Positions 29,288 through 39,278 of a stretch of DNA of 64,000 nucleotides are shown piece after piece. The first letter of the stretch is position 1, and each line of letters starts with the position of its first letter. Origin of the DNA: Myxococcota bacterium (lineage in GTDB: Bacteria > Myxococcota_A > UBA796 > UBA2385); contig JBIJDH010000002.1 in assembly GCA_044344255.1 (NCBI GenBank), forward strand, positions 224,001-288,000, written 5' to 3'. The position numbers and the translations under genes are program-made. Under the pieces are notes generated by a model. It did no database searches, was not told where the DNA came from, and saw nothing but the letters and a program-made list of their open reading frames with translations.

Positions 29288-30919
29288 CTACAGCACGAAG
29301 GGGTAGGTGATCGTCACGTCGTCGCCTTCGAAGGGCGGCATCTGGAGGGCCCGAAAGGCCCCGCTCAAGCAGGAGTCCAGGTCTGTGCCCTTGTATTCGG
29401 GGGTGATCACCCGAGCGCTCGAGACCGTCCCCTCGCTGCGTACGGTGAACTTGACGTCAACCGACGATGGGAGCGACCCGGTGCGCTTCTTTTCATCGAA
29501 GAAGCAGCGGCGCACTGCCTTGTTGTTGCTGACGATCGTCTCGACGACCGAGCTCGGGATGCGGGTGGCCTTGCCCGCGCTCTTGGTGGCCGGCGGGGGC
29601 GACGCGGGCTCGGAGCGGGTGGCGGTCGTGGTGGTGGCTCGGGTGGCGGTGGACTTGGGGGGCGCCGCGCTCTCGGGCTCGGTCTCGGCCACGACGTCGC
29701 GCCCGCTGCCCCGCACAGGGGCGGCGGCGGCGGTGGTGGTGGTGCGAGAGGAGCTCGTGGTCGGCGGCGGCGCGGCTGCGCGGGTCTCGGAGGCCTTGGC
29801 CGGGGCCGCGGTGGCGACGACCGGCGGCGCGGCGGCGGGCTCGGCGGTGGGCGCAGGCGGCGGGGGGGGCGGCGGCGCGGCGGGCTGGGCCTCTACCTCT
29901 TCTGGATCGAAGTCCTCGAGCAGATCCTCGATGGAGGGCTCCTTGCCCGAGGAGATATAGTCGGCGCCGGCGGACGCGGTGGGGGCCGCCGCGAGCCCGG
30001 GGGCGGCGCAGCGGTCCGGCCCGAAGCCGTGGACGAAGTGCATGCCCGCCGAGCCGAGCAGGGCGAGCGCGCCGGAGAAGACCACGGAGGCCGCCACGGC
30101 CGCCTTCCGGCGCCCGCGCCCGCCCGTGATGAGCACGAAGGCGCCGAGGAGCGTACCGCTCAAGGCGCAGAAGAGCCCGACAAAGCGGAGATAGTCGTTG
30201 CAGGTGGAGTCGAGGGCCAGCACCAGGGCGCCGAGCGCGGCGACGAAGCTCCCGAGCAGCACCCAGGTCAGGTCGCCGCCGGGATCGTGGGCCGGGCGCT
30301 GTGGCCGCGGCGCCGCGCTCTCGACGGGTGCGGCCGGGGCGGGTGCAGCCGCGGCGATCGGGGAGGGGGGCCGAGTGCGGCTTGGTGAGGGCGCCGCTGC
30401 GAGGGCCGGGGCGGGGGCCGGGGCGAGCGTGACGGGCGGCGGGGCCACCGGAGCCGGCGCGACCTGCGGAGGCGGAGCGGCGGGCGGTGTGAAGGGCACC
30501 GCGGCCGGGCGGCCGGTGGAGAGCACCGAGGGGAAGGCCGAGAGCGCAGGCGCCTCCGGCGGGGGGGGCGCCTGGATCTGGGTCGGCATCTCGTCGCCCC
30601 AGGGGTTGTGCTCCTCTTGGGGCGGCGCGGGCGCGAGCGGCGGGGGGGCCCAAGACAGGGCGGGGCTGTGCGCAGGGGGTTGCTGACCGCTGGGCCCGAG
30701 GGCGAGGGCGGCCTGGCGCTCCAGCTCGGCCGTCGTCGTGATCAGCGTCGCCTCTTCTCGCGGGGCGGCGCCGCCCAGCGAGCCGCTGGCGCCCGGGGCC
30801 TGGCGCCGGATCGCCATGCGGTGACCGCACTTGCGGCAAGTCGCCTTGTTTACGTCCTTGTTGAGCTTCTGCTCAGGGATCTTGTAGGTGGCACCGCAGC
30901 TCTCGCAAACGACTCTCAT
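29288..30919 (-). CDS. Zinc-ribbon (MJ0042-type) membrane protein with Pro-rich linkers and C-terminal AgmX/PglI (TonB-C-like) domain, GltJ-like
   Basis: MRVVCESCGATY.I......ATCRKCGH, three TM helices, C-terminal VRRCF..E.....V.VKFTV..EG.V..........C...FR..QMP.F.G....ITYPF. Confidence 0.75.
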   Translation of the reverse strand: MRVVCESCGATYKIPEQKLNKDVNKATCRKCGHRMAIRRQAPGASGSLGGAAPREEATLITTTAELERQAALALGPSGQQPPAHSPALSWAPPPLAPAPPQEEHNPWGDEMPTQIQAPPPPEAPALSAFPSVLSTGRPAAVPFTPPAAPPPQVAPAPVAPPPVTLAPAPAPALAAAPSPSRTRPPSPIAAAAPAPAAPVESAAPRPQRPAHDPGGDLTWVLLGSFVAALGALVLALDSTCNDYLRFVGLFCALSGTLLGAFVLITGGRGRRKAAVAASVVFSGALALLGSAGMHFVHGFGPDRCAAPGLAAAPTASAGADYISSGKEPSIEDLLEDFDPEEVEAQPAAPPPPPPPAPTAEPAAAPPVVATAAPAKASETRAAAPPPTTSSSRTTTTAAAAPVRGSGRDVVAETEPESAAPPKSTATRATTTTATRSEPASPPPATKSAGKATRIPSSVVETIVSNNKAVRRCFFDEKKRTGSLPSSVDVKFTVRSEGTVSSARVITPEYKGTDLDSCLSGAFRALQMPPFEGDDVTITYPFVL

Positions 30920-30948
30920 GCCGGATCCCCTGGGACGACCTGTCGGCT

Positions 30949-30977
30949 CTCGTACTTCCGACGGTGCGTGATGTCAA
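30949..30977 (-). promoter_or_regulatory. Putative sigma70 promoter of the GltJ-like gene
   Basis: Minus strand TTGACA (30977-30972), 17 nt spacer, TACGAG (30954-30949). The -35 box lies in the loop of an inverted repeat. Confidence 0.5.
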
Positions 30978-31053
30978 ACCACGCCACCGTCGGCCGCTTC
31001 CGGCCCGCGAGGCCCGTCGCCGAGGGCGGGCGCGGCGCGGGCCGGGGGAGAGT

Positions 31054-32793
31054 CTACCGCTGGGCGGCCGCGCAGTCGCCCGTCGGCCCCCCGTGGAGGT
31101 CGAAGATCACGACTCCTTCCCCGCGGGCGAGCGGCGCCCCGAGGCAGGCCTCGAGGGCGGCCCAGGCGGCGGCGGGGAGCGGCTGGTAGTCGGGGAGGAG
31201 GGCGAGGTAGCCGAAGCCGTCGCGCTCGAGGGCGGCGCGGTCGGCGGCCGGCAGCGCGCCGGTGCGCATCAGCGCCTGGACCCGGACCTGCCCCGCGCGT
31301 GCGGCGCTGGCGGGCGGGAAGCCCATCATGGTGGCCGCGATGGGGTGGCCGTGGAGGGTCTGGGCGAGGACCTCGCGGTCGCGCCAGGCCCCGGGCGGCG
31401 GGGTGGCGCTGGTGCTGAGCGGCAGGACGAGGACCGCGTCGGGCCGGGTCATCTCGGCGTAGGCGGCCGCCTCGGGGAGCGGGCTGTGGTGGAGCGGCCA
31501 GGCGAGGGGCGCCAACGCGAGGCAGTCGATCAGCAGGGCCCCGCCGATGAGCAGCCGCCCTCGCCCGCCCCAGCGCCCGGCCGCGGCGAGGGGGATGAGC
31601 AGCAGCCGCGCGACCGCCGCCGCCCGGTACCAGCGCGTGATCCGGTAGAGGACGGGGAGGGCCGGCGCGAGGAGCGAGACCGGACCCACCCAGGTGAGCT
31701 CGCCGGAGCGCAGCGCGCGTCCGCCGAAGTAGAGCACCGGCCCGAAGGAGAGCAGGGTGAAGGCCGCCGCGCCGACCAGGTAGGGCCAGAGGCCCGGCCG
31801 CCGCCAGAGCCCGAGGCCGGCCAGGATCAGCGTGAAGACGCCGAGGTAGACGGTGTGGGAGATCTCCGCCTCCCCGCCGGTGAGCACGCCCGGCAGCCAC
31901 GGATCGAGCAGGTCGGCGCCGGTCTGGACCCCGCCCCGGAAGATCGCGGGATCCTCGATCACCCGCCAGGCGTCCCGACCCCCAGCGCCCGGGAGATGTC
32001 CTGCCCGCTCCTGGAAGATCGCCCGTCCGAGCGGCAGGATGAGGAGCCCGGCGCCGAGCGCGACCGCCGCCGCGCGTCGGAGGCGGATCGGAGCCCCAGC
32101 CCGCAGCGGCAGGGAGAGGCCGACGCCGAGGTCGATGAGCGCGGCCCAGACGCCGTTGTAGGGTCCGCTCCACGCGGTGAGCGCGAGGCCCAGCGCCGCG
32201 AGCGCGCCGCGTCCGACCCCGCCCTCTCGGAGGAAGCGTAAGAGCAGGGCGAGCTGGATCCCGACGAGGCCGACGGCGAAGCCCTCGGACTGCCCGTCGG
32301 CCGCGTTGGAGAGCAAGGCGGGGCAGCAGAGGCCGACCAGGGCGCCGATGAAGGGGTCGCCGCCGGACTCCTGCGCGAGCAGGCGCCCTGCGAGGCCCAT
32401 CAACACGAAGCCTGCGTAGAGGGTGGTGTTGTAGCCCGCCGCTGGCCCGAAGAGGGAGCCGAGGGCGAAGAAGCCGAGATTCGCGGGGTCTACGAGCACC
32501 ACCTCGATCCCCTCTGGCCAGGCGAGCAGCCGGGTGTCGAGGAGGAGGGGGCTCCCGGTCTTCAGCGCGGCCCAGAGCCCCCAGATGTGGGGCGCGGCCT
32601 CCTGGTCGGCCGCCGCCAGCACGTGGGTGGTGAAGACCTGGGGCAGGGGCCAGCAGAGCAGCAGGGGGAGGCCGAACAGCAGCAAGACCCAGGCCAGCCG
32701 CTCCCCCCAGGCCGGCCGCTCCCGCTCGACCGGGGCGGTGAGGGCGGCGGCGGGGGGCGGGGCGGCGGCGGGTGAGTCGGGGAGGGCGCGCAT
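31054..32793 (-). CDS. Polytopic membrane protein, putative GT-C-fold (YfhO-like) glycosyltransferase
   Basis: About 11-13 TM segments, first loop DQE..HIWGLW and LAWPEG, GYN, YLG, R.YR, soluble C-terminal domain (LVLP..Q..HG.PI). Confidence 0.55.
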   Translation of the reverse strand: MRALPDSPAAAPPPAAALTAPVERERPAWGERLAWVLLLFGLPLLLCWPLPQVFTTHVLAAADQEAAPHIWGLWAALKTGSPLLLDTRLLAWPEGIEVVLVDPANLGFFALGSLFGPAAGYNTTLYAGFVLMGLAGRLLAQESGGDPFIGALVGLCCPALLSNAADGQSEGFAVGLVGIQLALLLRFLREGGVGRGALAALGLALTAWSGPYNGVWAALIDLGVGLSLPLRAGAPIRLRRAAAVALGAGLLILPLGRAIFQERAGHLPGAGGRDAWRVIEDPAIFRGGVQTGADLLDPWLPGVLTGGEAEISHTVYLGVFTLILAGLGLWRRPGLWPYLVGAAAFTLLSFGPVLYFGGRALRSGELTWVGPVSLLAPALPVLYRITRWYRAAAVARLLLIPLAAAGRWGGRGRLLIGGALLIDCLALAPLAWPLHHSPLPEAAAYAEMTRPDAVLVLPLSTSATPPPGAWRDREVLAQTLHGHPIAATMMGFPPASAARAGQVRVQALMRTGALPAADRAALERDGFGYLALLPDYQPLPAAAWAALEACLGAPLARGEGVVIFDLHGGPTGDCAAAQR

Positions 32794-32838
32794 CGGTGGG
32801 GCCGCCCGGCGAGGCGCGGCTCGCGATAGGGTGCTCGG

Positions 32839-34302
32839 GTGTGGCTGTTAATCGCCCTCGCCTGCGCGGGCCCACCTCCAGACCCTGCGCTCCGTGGCCG
32901 CCTCGCGGAGGCCCTCTCCTTCGCCCCCGACGGCCCGCTGGACCTTGCGCTCGGCCCGCCCCAGGCCTTCCCCGGCTACGTCGTCCAGACCGCCACCTTC
33001 TCGCTGCGGCCCGGCTTCGAGGTCGCCGCCGCCCTCTGGACCCCCGAGGTCCCCTCCGACGTCGGCGTGCTGGTGGCGCACGGCCACTTCGACCAAGGCA
33101 AGTCCTCTCCGGAGGCCCAGGAGATCGCGCATCGGCTGGCGAAGCGGGGCGCCTGGGTGCTCGCGGTGGACAGCCCCGGGGTCGAGGAGTGGGACATCCC
33201 CTCCCGGCAAATCCACTTTGACGCCGGGGCCCACAACCGCGCCGCGCTCGCCGCAGGGGGGAGCAGCGCGCTCGCGCTCCAGCTCGGCGTCTTGCAGCGT
33301 GGGCTCGACGTCCTCGCCGATCGGGGGGCCCGCCGATTCGGCGCGACCGGGGCCTCGGGGGGGGCCGTGCTCTCCTTCTACCTGCTGGCCCTCGATCCCC
33401 GCGTGGAGACGGCCGTGATGGCCTCCTTCCCGCCGATCCCTCGGGAGGCTCAGCCGGGGGGCTGCGCCTGCGATCAGATCCCCGGCTGGCCCGGCCCGGA
33501 CGTCGAGGTGCTCCGCCTCGCCGATCGGCCCGGGCTCTGGCTCTCCGACGTCCCGCAGCCGCGCTCCGAGGGCCTCGGCCGCGAACAGGACTTCCGGGTG
33601 CTCGAGGGGCCGCACGGGTATCCGGGGCCGATGCAGGCGGCGGCGCTGACCTGGTTCGCCGATCACCTCGGCCTCGACGACTCCCCGCCCACCGAGGGCA
33701 CCCCCCTGCTCGACCTGCGCACCGCCGGGCCGGGCGCGGGGTCCCTCTCCATCGGAGGGCTCCGCCTCCCCGGCCGGCCCGCCTGGGTCCCCGCCCCCTG
33801 GGACAACGTGGCGTATGAGCTGGACTGTGTGGGGGCTGGCCCCACCGTCCTCCTGGTCGGCGGCGAAGCGGTCGATCGGGAGGCGCTGTCGGCGGCCCGC
33901 GTGTGCACGGCCGTCCTCCCGGTCGAGGAGGGCGGCGTGGACGAGGCCATCGGCCGCGGGCGCGTGTACGCCGATCGTCAGCTCGGCGGGCTCCTCGCCG
34001 CGGCTCGCCGCAGCGGCGCGGCCGGCGTGTACGCGGTGGGCGCGTGGGGCCTCCCGGCCTCCGCCGCTGGCCTCCCCTTCGTGGTTCGCCGCCCCATCCA
34101 CCGGCTGGACGAGCTGGTGATCGACCGCGATCCGGCGTGGGTCTTCGTGCCAGGCGGGCAAGAGGGAGAGTGGGAGCGGCGCCTCGGCGCGGCGCTGGCC
34201 ACCGGGGCGGAGCCGGGGCCGCTCGGGCATGCGCTGCTGAGCACGATCTCCGCGCCGTCCGCCCCAGCCGGGCCGGGTAGCCTGCCTTCGCCTCGCCCGT
34301 AA
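32839..34302 (+). CDS. Lipoprotein alpha/beta hydrolase (acetylxylan-esterase-like) with degenerate second module
   Basis: MWLLIALAC, VAHGHF..GK, VD.PG, TGASGG nucleophile elbow, GCAC, GPHGY His. Confidence 0.75.
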   Translation: MWLLIALACAGPPPDPALRGRLAEALSFAPDGPLDLALGPPQAFPGYVVQTATFSLRPGFEVAAALWTPEVPSDVGVLVAHGHFDQGKSSPEAQEIAHRLAKRGAWVLAVDSPGVEEWDIPSRQIHFDAGAHNRAALAAGGSSALALQLGVLQRGLDVLADRGARRFGATGASGGAVLSFYLLALDPRVETAVMASFPPIPREAQPGGCACDQIPGWPGPDVEVLRLADRPGLWLSDVPQPRSEGLGREQDFRVLEGPHGYPGPMQAAALTWFADHLGLDDSPPTEGTPLLDLRTAGPGAGSLSIGGLRLPGRPAWVPAPWDNVAYELDCVGAGPTVLLVGGEAVDREALSAARVCTAVLPVEEGGVDEAIGRGRVYADRQLGGLLAAARRSGAAGVYAVGAWGLPASAAGLPFVVRRPIHRLDELVIDRDPAWVFVPGGQEGEWERRLGAALATGAEPGPLGHALLSTISAPSAPAGPGSLPSPRP

Positions 34303-34394
34303 AGCTCCTGTGCGGGGGCCGTGACGGGCGCGGCGGAGGGCGCCCCTGGTTCACGGTCGGGGCATACTGGTGGAGGCCCGCTCCCGGAACCCGC

Positions 34395-34973
34395 TTGTCG
34401 CTTCGCCCCCGCTCGGCCCCGTCGCCCATTGGCCCCGCTGCGCCTGCGCTCCAGGTGGGCGATCTCGCCCCTCGGCTCGTCCTCCAGCCGGTCTTTGGGC
34501 TCCCGGTGCAGATCCCTGCGCGGACCGGGCCGGTGGTCCTGGTCTTCCTCCGCCACCTCGGCTGTCCTTTTGCCCGGGCCGCGGTCGCTCGCCTCCAGGC
34601 CGCGTCTCCAGACTTTGATCGTGCAGGTGTCGGGCTCGTCGGGCTGAGCCACTGCGAGGTCGAGGTGGCGCGCGACTATGTGCCTCGCCACCACCTGCTC
34701 TTCCCGCTCGTCCACGACGCCACCGGGGAGCTCCGCGCCCGCTTCGGGGTGGGCCACAACCGGCGCCTGATCGGCGGACTTGGGGCGCTGCGCCCGGCCG
34801 AGCTCTGGGAGGCGCTCGCGCACGGCAAGGGCCTGTCGCGGGGCGACGAGGCGGAGCTCCCGGCCGAGCTCGTCATCGGCGGAGACGGGGCGGTTCGATA
34901 CGCTCATTACCCTCGCTCCATCTCGTCCCTCCCTGACCCTCAGGCCCTCCTCTCGTGCGCCGCGGCGGGCTAG
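34395..34973 (+). CDS. Peroxiredoxin-like redoxin (AhpC/TSA-2, PRXL2-like)
   Basis: VGDLAP, VLVFLRHLGCPFAR, FPLV.D, LPAE.VI..DG.VRYAH. Start uncertain. Confidence 0.75.
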   Translation: MSLRPRSAPSPIGPAAPALQVGDLAPRLVLQPVFGLPVQIPARTGPVVLVFLRHLGCPFARAAVARLQAASPDFDRAGVGLVGLSHCEVEVARDYVPRHHLLFPLVHDATGELRARFGVGHNRRLIGGLGALRPAELWEALAHGKGLSRGDEAELPAELVIGGDGAVRYAHYPRSISSLPDPQALLSCAAAG

Positions 34974-36175
34974 GCGGGGGCGGCCTCGGCCTGCTCGGCC
35001 TGCTCGGCCTGCTCGGCTCGGGCGGCTGCAGGGAGGTGCCGGCGGAGGTGGTGCGCCTGCCGGACCTCCTCACCGCCGTCGTCCGCCAGGAGGACGGCAG
35101 CTATCGCAGCCTCGCGCTGAGCCTCCCTCGCCCACGAGAGCCCCTGATCGTGCGCGAGGCGCCGGGGGTCGTGGCCCTCGGCCCGGGCTGGGCCCGCGCG
35201 GCGGCGATCCGGGAGGGCGGGCGCGGCGGCCTCGGCACCTATGGGGTTCACCTCGAAGACCTCGGTCCCACCGCGCTCCGCGCCGATCGGAGCCTGGGGC
35301 CGGATGGGGCCGCGATCCTCGGCGTCCACCCCGGCGGCCTCTGGTTGAGCGGCCCCGAGGGCGCCGCCTGGCTGGGCCTCGCCGATCAGCGAAACGCTGA
35401 ACCATCGGCCGGGGGCTCGCTCTGGCATCCCGGGCCGGGGCGGGGCTTCGCGCTCTCCCTGGACGCCGGCCGCTTGCGCCTCGAGACCCCCCACGCCCGA
35501 CCCCGAGATCCCGATCTCCTGCCGAGCGGCGTCGAGGCGGTCGTGGGGAGCTGGTGGTTGTCGAGCGCCCGCCTGCCCGTCTGGGAGCAGCGGCTGCTCG
35601 AGCAGCGCTTCAAGGAGATCGCGGCGGTGGGGATCGTCGAAGGGACGGCCCAAGCCGATGGCGACCTCTCCGAGTGGTCCGGCGTGCGGGCGCAGGTGGT
35701 CGAGCGCCGCAGCCAGGTGCGCGGCGGCGCGGGGGCCTGGACCGGCCCCGACGACGCCAGCCTCGGGGTGGCCGCTCGTCGCGGGGAGGGCGAGCTCATC
35801 GTGGTGGTGCGGATCCGCGATGATCACCTGCTCCCAGGGGAAGACCGCATCGGGCTCTCCCTCTCCGCGTCGTCGATCGGCGAGCTCGCCTTCTCGCTCG
35901 ACCTCCCCGAGGCGCCGGTCGGCGGACGGCGCGTGGTGGGCGAGGGCTGGTCCGCGGTCTTCGCCGAGGCCGAGCCCGGCGAGGTGGCCCTGGAGGTCTC
36001 GTTTCACCCGGCCGGGCTGTTCGCCGACGACGGCGAGCCCGACACCATCGTTCGCTACTCGGACGCCGATCCCGGGGAGGAGGTGACCACCCTCGGCACC
36101 GCCGCCTGGCCGGGCCTGCTCACCCCCGCGCGCCGCCCCAAAACGGCGGCCGCCTCGCTCAAGCGTGGACCTTGA
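34955..36175 (+). CDS. Hypothetical lipoprotein with C-terminal CBM9/DOMON-like region
   Basis: Signal GLLGLLGLLGSGGC; ADGDLSEW...W.GPDDAS...V.IRDD resembles the CBM9-like family. Confidence 0.55.
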   Translation: MRRGGLGGGGLGLLGLLGLLGSGGCREVPAEVVRLPDLLTAVVRQEDGSYRSLALSLPRPREPLIVREAPGVVALGPGWARAAAIREGGRGGLGTYGVHLEDLGPTALRADRSLGPDGAAILGVHPGGLWLSGPEGAAWLGLADQRNAEPSAGGSLWHPGPGRGFALSLDAGRLRLETPHARPRDPDLLPSGVEAVVGSWWLSSARLPVWEQRLLEQRFKEIAAVGIVEGTAQADGDLSEWSGVRAQVVERRSQVRGGAGAWTGPDDASLGVAARRGEGELIVVVRIRDDHLLPGEDRIGLSLSASSIGELAFSLDLPEAPVGGRRVVGEGWSAVFAEAEPGEVALEVSFHPAGLFADDGEPDTIVRYSDADPGEEVTTLGTAAWPGLLTPARRPKTAAASLKRGP

Positions 36176-37127
36176 TCGGCGCCACGAGCAGGATGATCAC
36201 CACCGTCAGGACGTAGAGCAGACAGGTGACCAGGATCGGCTTGTCTTTGTACAAGGTCTCGTCGGGCGCGCCGCCCTCGTTCTTGGCATTGACCAGGTAC
36301 ATGTACCGAAACACCCCGTAGAGCACCAACGGGAGCGTCAACATCAGCCAGGGTGTCGGTGAGCCGAGGGCCGTGTAGAGGGCGTAGCTGAGGATCGTGC
36401 CCGAGCTCGTGACGGCTTGCAGCTCCTGGACCAGATCGTGACTGTACTCCTGGAGGATCTTGCGCGTGGTGCGAGCGCGATCCTCCAGCAGGGAGAGCTC
36501 CCCGCGGCGCTTGTTGAAGCCCAGGAACAAGGCGAGGAACGCGGTGCAGGTCAGCAGCCAGACGGAGGGGGCGGCCTGGATGGCCACCGCGCCGGCCACG
36601 GCCCGCCAGACGAAGCCCGAGGAGAGGAACATCACGTCGAGGATCACGACGTGCTTGAAGTAGAAGGAGTACGAGAGGGTGGTGACGTAGTAGAGCATCG
36701 CCACGAGCAAGAAGAGCGGCGAGATCCACCAGCTGATCAGGGCGCCGAGGCCGAAGATCAGCACCATCTCTGCGTATGCGAGGCGGAGCGGCAGCCGCCC
36801 CGCCGCGATGGGCCGGCGGGACTTGGTGGGGTGCCGCCGGTCGGCCTCGACGTCCCGCGCGTCATTGAGGATGTAGCCGCTGCTCGACAGCAGGCAAAAG
36901 GCCAGGAAGGCGAGGCCGACCAGGCCGATCGGCCGCCAGAGGACGGAGTGATCGACGGGGTCGGTGAAGCGGAGCGAGAAGACGAGGGCCGCGAACAGCA
37001 CCCCGTTCTTGGCCCACTGCTTGGGGCGCAGGGCCTGGAGGGCGGCGAGGGGCAGGTCGAGGGGCCCGCGGGGGCCGCCGACCGATCGAGGAGAGGGGCT
37101 GTCGATGGGATCACTCACAGGGATCAC
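36159..37127 (-). CDS. UbiA-family polyprenyl-phosphate phosphoribosyltransferase (DPPR-synthase-like)
   Basis: LRPKQWAKN, SS.YILND.RD.EADRRHPTK.RRPIAAG, YS..FKH..ILDV, KRR.EL, YALYT, G.FRY. Confidence 0.85.
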   Translation of the reverse strand: MIPVSDPIDSPSPRSVGGPRGPLDLPLAALQALRPKQWAKNGVLFAALVFSLRFTDPVDHSVLWRPIGLVGLAFLAFCLLSSSGYILNDARDVEADRRHPTKSRRPIAAGRLPLRLAYAEMVLIFGLGALISWWISPLFLLVAMLYYVTTLSYSFYFKHVVILDVMFLSSGFVWRAVAGAVAIQAAPSVWLLTCTAFLALFLGFNKRRGELSLLEDRARTTRKILQEYSHDLVQELQAVTSSGTILSYALYTALGSPTPWLMLTLPLVLYGVFRYMYLVNAKNEGGAPDETLYKDKPILVTCLLYVLTVVIILLVAPIKVHA

Positions 37128-37140
37128 TCACTGGGATCAC

Positions 37141-39255
<2,115 letters not shown>

Positions 39256-39278
39256 AACCGCCTCGGCGTGCCTGGCGC

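Noticed and set aside
34540..34590. Selenocysteine or stop-readthrough in the redoxin active site
   Set aside because: The motif reads HLGCPFAR with ordinary codons and no in-frame TGA.
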